Shown: one piece after another, positions 14,281 through 27,629 of the stretch
Position numbering within the stretch: position 1 is the stretch's first letter
Layout of the letters: every line of letters starts with the position of its first letter
Origin: the human T2T-CHM13v2.0 reference genome, Homo sapiens
NCBI RefSeq assembly: GCF_009914755.1
Contig: NC_060941.1
DNA length: 64,000 nt
Strand: one strand, 5' to 3'
Translations under genes and position numbers: made by a program
The notes under the pieces: model-generated
What the model saw: the letters and a program-made list of their open reading frames with translations, nothing else
What the model was told of the DNA's origin: nothing
Database searches by the model: none

Positions 14281-14874
14281 AGAGCACAGACCTGTTATGA
14301 CATCTATGGCATAGTTTATTTTTCTGTTTGTGAAGACCGTCACTTATATAAGGAGAAAACATCTCTTTATAATCCAGTTTACCATGTATGATAGATTTAA
14401 TAATAATTTATGGAAAATGTAAGAAGAAAGTAATTTTAAGACATCAGGGGAATTAAAGAGAAGAATGCTTTGAACATTTTACTTTGTCTGATTGTAATTG
14501 AACTGAAATGTATTTCCTATATCTTGAAAAACCCTCTCAGTTTTAAATGTGGTCATCTCAGTTTCTTATACAGTAAATCTCTGCCCCCAAAACATTTATC
14601 CAGGATTTTGAGAATCTGTCCCTTGTCTGTAGGACGTTACCGTAGAGAGTCCTCTTCAATTCTTGGTTCACTCTTTCACTGTTCCTTTTTAATCCATCTA
14701 ATTCATTCATCCTCAAAAAAGCGCTTAAGCATACTGTGTAACATACTCAGAATTATGCTAAGTACTATGAAGGAAGCCACAAAACACAAAACAGCATGCG
14801 TATTCAGCTTGATGATGTCATGTATCTCTTCTTTGAAGCTTGGGTAGTACTTTATAACATCAAGTAGGAAATAT

Positions 14875-15171
14875 TTTTTTAAAATTTTATTATTATTATA
14901 CTTTAAGTTTTATGGTACATGTGCACAACGTGCAGGTTTGTTACATATGTATACGTGTGCCATGTTGGTGTGCTGCACCCATTAACTCGTCGTTTAGCAT
15001 TAGGTATATCTCCTAATGCTATCCCTCCCCTCTCCCCCCACCCCACAACAGTCCCTGGTGTGTGATGTTCCCCTTCCTGTGTCCAAGTGTTCTCATTGTT
15101 CAATTCCCACCTATGAGTGAGAATATGCGGTGTTTGGTTTTTTGTCCTTGCGATAGTTTGCTGAGAATGAT
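14875..15171 (-). mobile_element. L1PA2-4-like LINE-1 3' end, about 300 bp, 5' truncated
   Basis: tatactttaagttttatggtacatgtgcacaacgtgcagg...gatagtttgctgagaatgat; TSD gtaggaaata / gtaggcaata. Confidence 0.92.
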
Positions 15172-15220
15172 GTAGGCAATAATTTTAACAATTTGAATAG
15201 CTCAGTAGCTCAGTCTTTAC

Positions 15221-15474
<254 letters not shown>

Positions 15475-15574
15475 AAATTAGAAATGACTCATGGAAAATT
15501 CTTTATTTTGTGTCCAAGGAATCAACTGCTGAAATACAGATTAGGTGAAGATTGAATTGAGAAGAGTTCAATTG

Positions 15575-15640
15575 ACCCATGTAAAAAATCTGCACATGTA
15601 CCCCGAACCTAAAATAAAAGTAGAAAAAAAAGAAAAATAA
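15575..15640 (+). mobile_element. Very short L1PA/L1PB 3' terminus
   Basis: acccatgtaaaaaatctgcacatgtaccccgaacctaaaataaaag plus A-rich tail. Confidence 0.7.
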
Positions 15641-17128
15641 TCCCCCCCAGAGAATACTAAAAGCCCAAAGTAGAGATTTTATTTGACAATCAGCATTATA
15701 CATAAAAGACTGATTCAACAGCTAAGCAAGAGCAGTGGGGAGCATGTGATAAGAACGACTCACATTTATTGACCCTTTAGTAATGGCTTGGCATATGCTG
15801 GTTTACCTATATGTATTGCCCATTTAATAATAGACAATAATAATGTCACTGCATCCTGTGCTTGTCAATCAATGTCCAGAGAGTAATATGCAATGGTAGG
15901 TGACAGTTTTAAGAAGGCTGAGCAACCTATATCTAGAGAAGAAGGACTGCAATGGGAAAGATTAGGCATCATGGCATTTGAGATCAGGAAAGAAAATGAG
16001 TGAGTTCGGAATATTCACAATCAGTGGGCCCAGATCATAACCCAATTCTATTTAATCTAATACAAGCTGCTGATCTTTAAGTAGCTACAGACTCCATCAA
16101 CTTCAAATATCTTTGAGACTTGTAAATCTTCCTTGTCATTGTATTTTGGAAAGTGTTGCCCTGACACTGGCCCAAGTAACCACAGTTATTTTCTAAAAAT
16201 GGCAAGCATAGTTCTCCATAAGGAGTTCCAGGCAAAATATATGACCTAGACTTTTCAAATATACCAAAGAAGATTCCCTTAGACTTTCTGACTTCCAGTA
16301 TGGGACATTGAATGGTTAAGCAAAACAATCTTGTATTAATTTTCTTGATTCATTAGAAAAGCAGCCTTGTGTTTAATATATTTACAGGGGCATAGATTAG
16401 GACCATTTGTTTTGGTTCCACCTGTTAACGTTGATCAATTATCTGTTTTAGCACCCAACTACATAAAAGATTTACACTTTCTTTCCATTGGAAAACATTC
16501 TTTGAAATCCACACATTCATTTTAGGATCTTCTGTAAAGACTCTTTTTGTGCTATTTATAGAAACATAAGTCCAAAGCACTGGATGTTTCAAGCATGAAA
16601 TAACAATAATAGAAAAATATTCTAATCCAGTCATTAACACCTTTAGGTGTTCAGTCAGTTAGATTAGCATTTCATTCATATAGGCTGTTTTTAGAGTCTC
16701 AAAATTAATCTATGAGTAATAATAATATCCTAAAGACAAACATATATAGATTGACTTTCAAGTTTTTGGCAAGAGAAGACCTCAGAATAATTTTAATCAA
16801 GAATATTTCAGTCCATACCCTTTTAGTTTCAGTTATGAACAAAAGAATGCATATACTATGCATATATTTTATCAATATGTAATCAATTCAACAATGCAAC
16901 AATTATTGTACTAAAGTACTGTTGGAATATAATATGATACTTTCCCACAAGGAGGTCCCAACATAGCCAAAGTTGATGAGTAAGTAGGGGATTGAGTTAA
17001 GAAGTATTACTTTGGCAAAAACCAAAGCATACAGACTAATGGATACCTATGAAACTAGATTCTTTTTGTCTTCTAAATGGCTCTAAAGGCAAATCCAAAA
17101 AGGAATTCCCAAAATTGTTTGTGAGTTG

Positions 17129-17256
17129 AGCATTATTGTATAAGCAGAAACGTTTTGTATTAAAAGCATTTTGTATATGCAGAAATATACAAAAAGCATA
17201 TTGTATAAGCAGAAACATTTTGTATTAAAAGCATTATTGTATAAACAGAAACGTTT
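17129..17256. repeat. Minisatellite, about 4 copies of a 30-36 bp unit
   Basis: Unit agcattattgtataagcagaaacgttttgtattaaa repeated with variants. Confidence 0.85.
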
Positions 17257-17296
17257 AGGAGGTTTCAACTTAAGATGCTGTTACGCTATGTATCTA

Positions 17297-17710
<414 letters not shown>

Positions 17711-18783
17711 CTAACCTAAATCATTTGGAGATGTGTTTTATGTGTTAGAAAAAAAAATCCTCAATGATAAAGACTAATAAAGTATCTTTAAATATAAATA
17801 TGTTACTTTTTATGTTGGAATAGTTATTCTACATCAGGGAGTGTGTGTATGCTAATGTGAGCCCTATCAAAGGATGACAATAATTCAGTTCTTTCATTTC
17901 GACTCCAACTTTCCACTAGGAAATACACCCATGTTCATGAGTCAGAAGAAGAAGAATTTTAAAACTATGCATATCTTACTGTGGAGATCCAGTTCATTAA
18001 AGTAAAGAACAGGTAAAGAGCTGAAAATGGAATGGAAAGAAAGCAAAAAAGTATCTGTGTTTTCTACTTAATTTATCCACTGTTAAGCCCATCATTTTAA
18101 TCTATGTTCTAGTAAGAAGCTATATAAACAGTCTGAGAAACAAACCAACCCAATAAAATTGATCAGTTCAGTCCCACACAGATATTTTCAGAAATCTTTG
18201 ATTATTCTACCTTAAAGCACTTTGTCTACTTAAATGGTACACAACAGTAAATGATACACAAGAGGGAGTTGATATATATTATTAGTTACACTTTATAGAA
18301 GAAATATTATTTTCCAGGGCAGCAACCCAGACTCTGCAGTAAACACCATAAATCAAAGACACCATAATGCTGATCAGAAGCTGTCCTTAAGCCCTGTTGA
18401 CAAGGCTGAGTACTATAGAGTGGATTAACTTCTTCCACCATTGCTTGTTTTAGCTGTCCCCACTCCATGTTCAGATAGACACTCTCAGTTCAAACAGGAG
18501 TGAGCAAAAATATATTGTAGATTCAACCGGTGGAAAAATAACTTTACAGCAGAGTTTCATTTTCAGTAGGACCATTTTTTTCTGGGACCTCTCTGTGCAC
18601 ACAATTAAATGAATGCTCCTTGATTAAATATAAAACTTCTGGGAAATGGTCGTTTAAATGGCATAATTTTATGTAACAGATATTTTAAAGACAAGTAGGA
18701 CATTTAGTTCATGATAAAATAGGGACACTCGATTAAACCATCAAATTATAAGATTTTACTATGTAACATTATCTGGATAATTC

Positions 18784-19080
18784 TTTTTTTTTTTTTTTAA
18801 GACAGAGTCTTGCTCTTTCGCCCAGGCTGGAATGCAGTGGCATGATCTTGGCTCACTGTAACCTCCACCTCTCGGGTTCGAGGGATTCTCTGGCCTCAGC
18901 CTCATGAATAGCTGGAATCACAGGTGCCTTCCACTGTGCCCAGCTAGTTTTTGTATTTTTAGTAGAGACGGGGTTTCAGCATAATGGCCAGGCTGGTCTC
19001 AAACTCCTGACTTCAGGTGATCAGCCTGCCTCAGCCTCCCAAAGTGCTGGGATTACAAGCGTGAGCTGCTATGCCCAGCC
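18784..19080 (-). mobile_element. Alu (AluSx-like)
   Basis: Full antisense Alu; TSD tggataattctt / tggtaattctt. Confidence 0.95.
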
Positions 19081-22000
19081 TGGTAATTCTTATATGAAAC
19101 ACAGGAACTATCCATTTCATATAGGCCAGACTAGTTTTTCCCATTTAAAATGAGTATGTGCTTTCTGAATTTTTCATCTGCACTTTGGTATTATTTTAAC
19201 TTGTAAATTAGTTTTTGAAGCACTACCATTCCTATCCCATGACTTGGAGTTAAACCACATGTGCCCTTTTTGGCTAATAATTTACACAGCTAACATTTCA
19301 GGTTGAATTTACGTGAGTAAAAGTAAAACAGCATTTTTCCATTCTTTTCAAATTCATTCCGATAATAAAATATTTAAATTCTGGTAAATGACGTAATGGG
19401 AAAAACAATGTTTTCTGAAATTGTAATGGTAGACCTTAGTGCTGATAACAAATGTGTCCAAATATTTCACACCATTTCAGATAGACATGTGCATTTATTT
19501 GGAAGGCTGAGCTGTTATTAAAAACCCATCTATTGTCATCCATGTCTCAGAAGAGAATGCCAATGGCAATTTTTCCCATATTTTGAAAAAACTGAAGATG
19601 TATCACTTTTAATGTCCTACCCAATTGCTTAGAAAGGAAGACATCTCTTATTTTTTCCATATTAAAGCTCTTCTCATGGGGACAATTAAATGTGCATAAA
19701 TTCCTCAGAGTTTTTATTGCTTTTGTTCAATCTGTAGTCTCAATCAGAAATCTCCTTCACCTTTGAAATACCTAATGGGTCCTGTCACTCTTGAGGTTTA
19801 CTGTAGAAATTATAATCTGTGCACTATTTATAGCGTGTATCTTTTTCAACTATATAGACATGTCTCTGTCTCCAAAAGAAAATGCAAAGAATAATACCAT
19901 CTTCCAAATAATTTTTTAACCCCAAATGTTTTATGCAATCTATCATGTGCTGAGTATGGTCTTCTAGGTCAAAATAATACATTGCTGGTAAGATAATCTA
20001 TGACAAATATTATAAAATTAATTTGAACAAAACAGTCTAATTCAGAGCATGATAGCTGGCAAATACAATAACTCTGTAAGCTATGATGTTCCCAGTGTCT
20101 CATTTTTCCCTTACATCACACATTTTGTATTCAATAGACAAATTAAAAAAGAAATTGGCAGGTATGAGTACATGGCAGTGAATAGGAAGGAAGATATTTA
20201 GACCTCTGTGTCTGGCATCTATTTTAAGTCTGATGTGATACCATTTTTTTGCTTAGGCAAATCTCGAAGAGTTTGACTTCATGAAGAATTATTTTTTTTC
20301 AGTTCAGACCTGCAAAAATCTAACTTCATAAAACAAATGTAAGTTTACTTTTAGCGCTATGCCAGTGGTTTCTTAGATTTAGGATACATAAGATAATATA
20401 TTTGTCTTAGACAGATTTCACAAACATATTTAACTTCTTGATTTCAGAACTTTGCTGTGAAATAGTATCCTGCAACTATCTGGCATACTAGGATGATTTC
20501 CAATTCAATTTAATCAATATTAAATGGGAACTTAATGGGCAGCTCACTAGTGATAATGTATTCTCATACTCAGAATTTACATCTTACATATAATTATAAA
20601 TTATAATTCTTAACCATTTTTGAGAATGAAGAATTATGTCCTTCTCTTTATTACCACCTCTTGCTTCCTAGTCTCCTTCCTTGGCCCACACTAATCTCAC
20701 TTAATGAGGCTTAACTATTTCTTCAGTGTTGTATAGTATTTATCGGTCATTCTCATTATAGGTAATCTTATTGGCTAAAGTCTAGATAGATGATTATGAT
20801 TTACTTTTCTTTCAAAATTAAGGGTATCCTAAATCTGATTGCAGTTTGCCTTAACTTTGTTTTCTTAGTAAAAATTAGATTTGCCAAGATAGTACTAGGT
20901 ATATTTGAAGCTAAAACTCTGAAAAAAACTGATTCCTATGGTTACTTTTGCCAGAGAGCTGTAGTGATTTGTCTAATATTTCAAAATGATTATAGAAGCA
21001 GTTCTAAAGATTATATTTGCTAAGTCTTGGAAACATGCACATTTTTCTTACACATTGATCCAGTACCTAGTAGTTTGGTTCTTTCCCATCATTAGCTTAT
21101 AATACCGACAAAATAAAATTGTGACCAATGCACATTTGCTTTCTCACAATGTTTCTGGTATTTTTAGAGAAGTTAATAACTACCATTATCACCAAAGTGC
21201 AGTTGACTTCAATTATGTGACAATGTATTTATCAAAATAGTGACTCCTCCTGTGAGAATGAACTACATGAATTCTTGAGTTTGAAAAATAATATACTGAG
21301 TTTCCTGGTCAAATAGAATTACTCAAAGTAAAATATGGATGAGAATTTAAAAGTGCATATTTTTAACAAACAAATGCATGAGCTATGTGGTTTCATTCCA
21401 AGTGTTTCAGTAGTCAAATAAACAGAGAGAGTTGTTCAAACATAAACTTATTTGTTTTGAATTTTCTTTCAATTCAAAGTAAAGCAATTTAAAGCAAGCA
21501 TAATTACATATGAAAAATCCTACCAAAAAGGTAGCATAGGCAATAATTTGAATTGCATATTTCCAGTTGCCTAAGTTTTCTATGTGAAAAGTATAAAGAA
21601 AGTTGAATAGTTTATGCAGAAAAGATAAAGCCATGAGTCCCTTCATTCATTTACTGATTCAGTCAATGTTAAGAAAGTATTTATGTGTAAGACACTGTTT
21701 TCAGCACACAAAAACATGCAAATACACATAAAATATGACCCCATGCAATGGTGGAGACTGCACCTGGGAACAATTAGAAAAAAAGACACTAAATCTAGCC
21801 TAGGTATGAGGAATCAATCAGTTCAGGAACCCCTTCGAACCTAAGGTGAATATTGAGTGCATCGTAGTAGACTGTACCTGGAGCTGACCAGCCTCATGTC
21901 AAGGGGAAGCAAGAACACGGAGGACAGCACAAGAAATTGCACTAGGTAAGGAAAATGCTTTCAGGGAAGTGTAAGAAGTTCTGTGTTGCTAAAGCTTAAA

Positions 22001-22397
22001 ATATCAGCAAAGATTGGCTAGGAGACTGGGAAGTTAGCTGGGAGGGCCTTACTTACAAAGATGCTAGAAAATACAGTTCTTTATGGGAAATTTTAAAGCA
22101 AAAAGAAGTTGTAGATATATAGAAAAAAAGGATAATGCACTGCTTCTGAATTTCTGAGTGGAGATAGTATAGATTTGAGTTAAACAGAGTGACAAGTCAT
22201 TCCAGAATTTTTTTAGGTAACCCATAGGAAATCGTTCACAAGTTTAAGATATAAGTGCTGCCACATATATTGTTACATCTTTTTATTAATTACTAATTGA
22301 AGTCCCTGTTTGGCAGAAAGTATAGACTTTCCTCCTTGAAGTTCCCCCTATGGTTACAAGAATTGAACAATAGTGTGTATATATGTATGCATGCATC

Positions 22398-22405
22398 TCT
22401 ATCTA

Positions 22406-22456
<51 letters not shown>
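22398..22456. repeat. (TCTG)n(TCTA)n tetranucleotide STR
   Basis: tctatctatctgtctgtctg...tctatctatctatcta. Confidence 0.92.
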
Positions 22457-22779
22457 CTACCTGTCTATTTCTTTCCCTCCCTATTTATCTCTTTTTCTCT
22501 CTATCACATCATATGTCCAGCAACACCAATGGTTTTTCTGCCTAAAAACAATCATTTCTAATTCTAAATGTGGAATGAAAGCCAAAAGACAGATATCTGC
22601 AAAATCCAACCTGTTTATTAGCGCTTTTGCTTCAGTTGATACACTCAGGGCTGCCCTTAAGGATCTATACCCTGGAAAGAGCAGTAAACAGCACTGATGC
22701 TCTTGCAGCGTCCCAAAATGAGAGATCTTTTGGTTCATGCTCCAATGGCCATCCTTTTTTTCTAAGCATTCTCCCAACC

Positions 22780-22931
22780 AGGAGGGAGGGATTCAGAGGA
22801 GCTACAACCTGTGCAGAAACCAGCCATGTACTATGGCTTTCAAACACAGCCATATGCTATGCAGACACCAGCCACCTATGCTTCGACCTTTGTGTAGATC
22901 TTGTAGAACCAGCTCTGAATCCCTCCCTCCT
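22780..22931. repeat. 19-bp perfect inverted repeat with 114-bp spacer holding three degenerate direct repeats
   Basis: aggagggagggattcagag (22780-22798) is the exact reverse complement of ctctgaatccctccctcct (22913-22931). Confidence 0.9.
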
Positions 22932-23055
22932 TGTGAGACCTTCATTAAGTACCTTGGTATCATTTTTTTTCTTTTTTCTACCAGCAGCTAAGTTGAGGCT
23001 ATCCCTCTAGATTCTCCTAACTAAAAATACTTAGGAAGTCAAAATTGGAATCTCA

Positions 23056-23071
23056 GTGACATCACTTCCGG
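23056..23071 (-). promoter_or_regulatory. ETS-CRE composite-like motif
   Basis: Minus strand CCGGAAGTGATGTCAC, 15/16 to the overlapping ETS-CRE motif CCGGAAGTGACGTCAC. Confidence 0.4.
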
Positions 23072-23349
23072 GAGGTCCTAAGATCCTCATGCTCACCTAT
23101 TTGTCTCCGGGTCAATGAATACTAAAGGACATCCTAATTTTCAAATGTCTATTTTACACTTCTCTCAGTGTATTCGTTGCTTGGTTGTGAAAATACACAG
23201 AAAGCATAAGAATTCTAAAAAGCTACTGACTTTGGCTCAAACTTGATCACCATAACCACTACTAACAATTACAATAATGAATATAATTTTACTGTTAGTA
23301 GTGTGAAGAAGACACAAATTCAGATACAAACAATTTAAAGGAGAAAAGA

Positions 23350-23512
23350 GATTACATCTTCAAAACTTCTTCACATTTTGCACATAACATCATCTAATCA
23401 CAGGAGTGACATCAACATATCCAACTCAAAAAAAAGGAGTTACACAGGATATTATACATTAACATTACAGGGTGAGTCTATTAGAGGCTCTCTTAGAATT
23501 CTGCGTACTGCA
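23350..23512 (-). mobile_element. MER21-like LTR fragment
   Basis: cataacatcatctaatcacaggagtgacatc...tcttagaattctgcgtactgca resembles a MER21/MER77 terminus. Confidence 0.4.
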
Positions 23513-23559
23513 ATATCTACATCATTATAGCTTCATATCTATCTATCTGTCTATCTATG

Positions 23560-24620
23560 TTTTAAGTATTACCAGTTGATTTTATTCTAGAAGAAAATAG
23601 GTAATATGCAGCTACTTCCACCTCTCCCCTTTCTCTCCCATTCTAATTGCTGTAATTACTTTTAATTCATCATAGTTTATCATTTTTCACTTTATTCTTG
23701 AGGTAAAATGATGCAGTTGTTTAATCTTCTATATTCAAATGAAATTAGTGCTTACTGTCAGCATTTTTATCATTTATTCTCTGCTTTTAACTTCTTTGTC
23801 TTGATCTCTTGGTTGGCTGGATATAAACATCAAGAAGTTTATGTATTTTAAATATATATTAAATTTGGAAGAGCTAATATTTCATTTTGCCTTCTTAACT
23901 GGATAACATTTTGCTTGGTTAGAATGTATTCTTGGTCAGATTTGGTTCTCTTCTGAATTTTATAGACAGTAATCTAATTTCTCTGGCACTGAAAGTTGCA
24001 GGGGAGTCCAAAGCTAGCAAGATATTTATCCCTCGTGGGTGACTTGCTCTATTTTTACTGATACTTAAACTAGTCTTTCTTTATCATTGATGTTCAAAAA
24101 CTTAACCAGAATATGCTTTAGTGCCAATTATTTTATGTTTTTTCTTTTTCTAACACAGAAGAAAATGTGTGAATTCATTTTCTCCTTGGTTCCAGAAACA
24201 ATTGCCTGTATTATATTCAGAATAGTTCTGCCACATTTGTTGGATACTTTATATTAAGGATGCCAAGGATTCTTAGACCATACTGTTTTTATCTTCCGAA
24301 GCTATCATCTCTGTAGTTGTGAGAATCACTATTTTTTTCTTTATTGCCATTATCTCAGTTTTCAACATCATGACATTAATGAAGGTTTTGGCTATCTTAT
24401 TCTGGTTTCTATATGTTATTAATGTATTTATTATATTTTAATAATTGCTGGTTTTTTCAAATATTTTATGGTTTATGAAATAATTTTTAAAATAGTGTTT
24501 TGGAATGTGTTTTATTGAATTTTCATTAAGTTTTTTAATCATTTAAAGTATTCATAGGGAAACTATTTCTCTACCATGTACCAGGGGTTACATTTTCTTC
24601 AAGATTTTGGTCATTTTTAA
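23560..24620 (-). mobile_element. HAL1/old L1M ORF1-like fragment
   Basis: T-rich antisense ORF1-like text (ggataacattttgcttgg...tctctggcactgaaagttgc...ggtgacttgctct). Confidence 0.45.
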
Positions 24621-25133
24621 ACAGAATTTTTATGTGTATGTGTTGTATGTCTTGTGTTTATTTATTCATGTGTGTGTATGATGTTTGCATGTGTATCAGA
24701 ACTTTCCTTTTTATATAGTTGTTGACATTGAACAAGATTCTCTTTGCTGAACATCCTTGTTTCTGCCCTGGTACACCCAAACTTTAGTTGGTCTTTCCCA
24801 CTCTGGACTTGCATCTTGCACTTTACTAGCATCTTGGGAGTTGATTTCTTACCTCCATTCTTTTCTCTGAGGAAATAGCAGTGGGTGTAGCCAGAGAGCC
24901 TCAGAAACCACTTTCAGTTCTTGCTAATGGACATTTATTCTTGTCTTTCTTCTGGGGTCTGAACATCCTGTGCCAGTGCCCATTCCAAGCAGTGAAGAGT
25001 GCATTCCGTCCACTTCCACCACGGGTTTATTCTCCCCTGGCAGCACAGCCAACCTCTGGGGTGGTCTTGTTATAGAAGTGGGTGGGTCTACTTTGATGAT
25101 TCTTCTTGGTTTTCCACACGGTGCCTATCTGCC

Positions 25134-25486
25134 TGATATGGTTTGGCTGTGTCCCCACCCAAATCTCATCTTGAATTGTACTCCCATAATTCCCACATGT
25201 TGTGGGAGGGACCCGGTGGGAGATAATTTGATTCATGGGGGCGGTTTCTCCCATACTGTTCTCGTGGTAGTGAATAAGTCTCGTGAGATCTGACGGTTTT
25301 ATCTGGGGTTTCCGCTTTTGCATCTTCCTCATTTTCTCTTGCTGTCACCATGTAAGAAGTGTTTTTTGCCTCCTGCCATGATTCTGAGGCCTCCTCAGCC
25401 ATGTGGAACTGTAAGTCCAATTAAACCTCTTTTTCTTCCCAGTCTCAGGTATGTCGTTATAAGCAGCGTGAAAACGAACTAATATA
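25134..25486 (+). mobile_element. THE1A solo LTR (ERVL-MaLR)
   Basis: tgatatggtttggctgtgtccccacccaaatctcatcttgaattgta...ggggtttccgcttttgc...gaaaacgaactaata. Confidence 0.9.
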
Positions 25487-25784
25487 CAACCCCTTTCCAT
25501 CCCTTATGTATTCTCCTTCCCCAGAACTAAAACTCTAAATAAAAATTTTAATATTTTTCTCTTTCCTGGACTGTTTCTGGAGTTTTTAAAGCTATTATAA
25601 AAAGTACCAGCCTTTTTTTTTCTTTTTTCAACCCCTGTTTTTTACAAGATTGTGGTTAGTTGCTCACTTTTCTGCAGGTGTGTTGGTGTTCCTTCTTCCT
25701 TCCTATCTTTTACTACCTTTGATTCGTTTCACTGGGTTTTGGAGCCTGCTATACTCCACCCTCTTCAATGGTCAGTTTCCATGG

Positions 25785-26545
25785 TGAGAGACAGAACTAG
25801 CTGGATTTCCTAGGCCGACTAAGAATTCTTAACCTTAGCTGGGAAATGTGACCGCACCTACCTTTAAACACGGGGCTTGTAACTCAGCTCACACCTGACC
25901 AATCAGGTAGTAAAGAGGGCTCACTAAAATACAAATTAGACTAAAAGCAGGAGGTAAAGAAATAGTCAAATCATATACCGCCTGAGTGCACAGGGGGAAG
26001 GACAATGATTGGGATATAAACTCAGGCATTCCAGCAGGGAGTGGCAACCCCCTTTGGGTCCCCTCCCTTGTAGGGGAGCTCTGTTTTCACTCTATTAAAT
26101 CTTTCAACTGCACATTCTTCTGGTCCGTGTTTGTTACGGCTCGGGCTGAGCTTTCCCTCGCCGTTCACCACTGCTGTTCGCCGCCATCCCAGACCCACTG
26201 TTGACTTCCACACCCCCGGATCCGGCAGGGTGTCCGCTGTGCTCCTGATCCAGTGAGGCGCCCACTGCCGCTCCCGTTCGGGCTAGAGGCTCACCATTGT
26301 TCATGTGCGGCTCAGTGTCCGGGTTCGTCCTAATCCAGCTGAACAGGAGTTGCTGGGTTCCACAGTTCTCGTCCATGACCCACGGCTTCTAATAGAGCTA
26401 TAACACTCACCTCATGGCCCAACGTTCCATTCCTTGGAATCCATGAGGCCAAGACCCCCAGTTCAGAGAATAAAAGGCTTGCTGCCATCTTGGGAGCCGC
26501 CTGCCCCATCTTGGGAGCTCTAAGAACAAAGACCCGCCTATAACA
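25785..26545 (+). mobile_element. LTR17 (HERV-W) solo LTR, full length
   Basis: tgagagacagaactagctggatttcctaggccgactaagaat...taaca; TG..CA ends, 4-bp TSD ATGG both sides, CCAAT 25899, TATAAA 26015, ATTAAA 26094. Confidence 0.93.
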
Positions 26546-26749
26546 ATGGTATGCTCTTCATTTTCAAAGTGCTCCAACAACTCTTGCTGAGGTACAGGTG
26601 AGTTGGCGAATCTTTCAAATCACTTTCTTGCTAACCAGCCAAGGACTCTCATTTAGGGCCCTATGGCCTGTTGATTTGTGCTTATTATATTTTTGAAGTT
26701 TTTAATATTTCTTACCATCTTATCCACACCTCTTCCTGCACTACACTGA

Positions 26750-26866
26750 ACTCCCATAATATAAGCTCGATTAAGGCAACAAGTAAGTGTAGTTCTGTTC
26801 ACTTAGCAGAGCTTACCACAGAATAGGCACCCAATAAGCATATGCTAAAGGAATGAATGAATAAAT
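26750..26866 (+). mobile_element. L2 3' terminus
   Basis: aatataagctc...cacagaataggcacccaataagcatatgctaaaggaatgaatgaat. Confidence 0.6.
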
Positions 26867-27629
26867 GCATCCCTTGTGAATCATTATCATCCAAAGTACA
26901 TATGGTATTATGTTATAAAAATAAATTAAAGAATAATAGTTTTTTGTTAATTGGCTTATGTAAGAAAGGTTATAAATTGTCTTGCATTTTCTTATACTAA
27001 ATGGAATGTGAAGTTACTACTAAGAGTGTCTTTCCAGAATTTGAATAAGCAGTTGTGATACTAATCCACATTATCTCTTCAAGACACCTGACAGTAATTA
27101 CCTCCGTGATAAATTTGAAGAAAGAAAATTGCTTTGTTATCTTGAGTTTAAGAAACTGATAAAGAATTAAATGAATTTAAATGGAGGATGGATTTTCTAA
27201 CACCCTGACACTTTGACCACTGAAGTGCTCATACCATGTGAGGGATCTGTGGCCTGAAAGCAAGAAAGCTTTTATTAGTGATCCTTTAAACAATATAAGG
27301 TTTTTAACCCTATCCCTTTCTACCTAATGACATTTTTACTACCACAAATGAGAGGGGCCGAATTGCTCAGCTCATGTTTGATGACATTTATATTTACTTA
27401 AATTTATTTATATATTTATTTAATAGGTGTGTCAAGCACCTATTAGTATAAGAAAATGTGCTAAAACACCAATAATTTTAAAAGATGGGCAATGCATAGC
27501 CCTTTCTCTCAAAATATGTGGCTTAAAAGAAGGCATCAATTTTAAGTAATTCAAGGTAGAACAAAATAAACACCATAAGAGAGTTCAAAGAGGGAGGGTG
27601 ATTCTAAGGACGAAACAGTCACATTAGGG

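Noticed and set aside
17129-17256. Repeat-spacer look resembling a CRISPR array
   Set aside because: Eukaryotic context, intervening segments are short and mutually similar, no cas genes; it is a minisatellite
22297-23010. Cluster of overlapping ORFs up to 127 aa
   Set aside because: Partly opened by the TCTA/TCTG microsatellite; no recognisable protein or exon boundaries
24970-26376. ORFs of 60-107 aa
   Set aside because: Lie within the THE1A and LTR17 LTRs, which are non-coding
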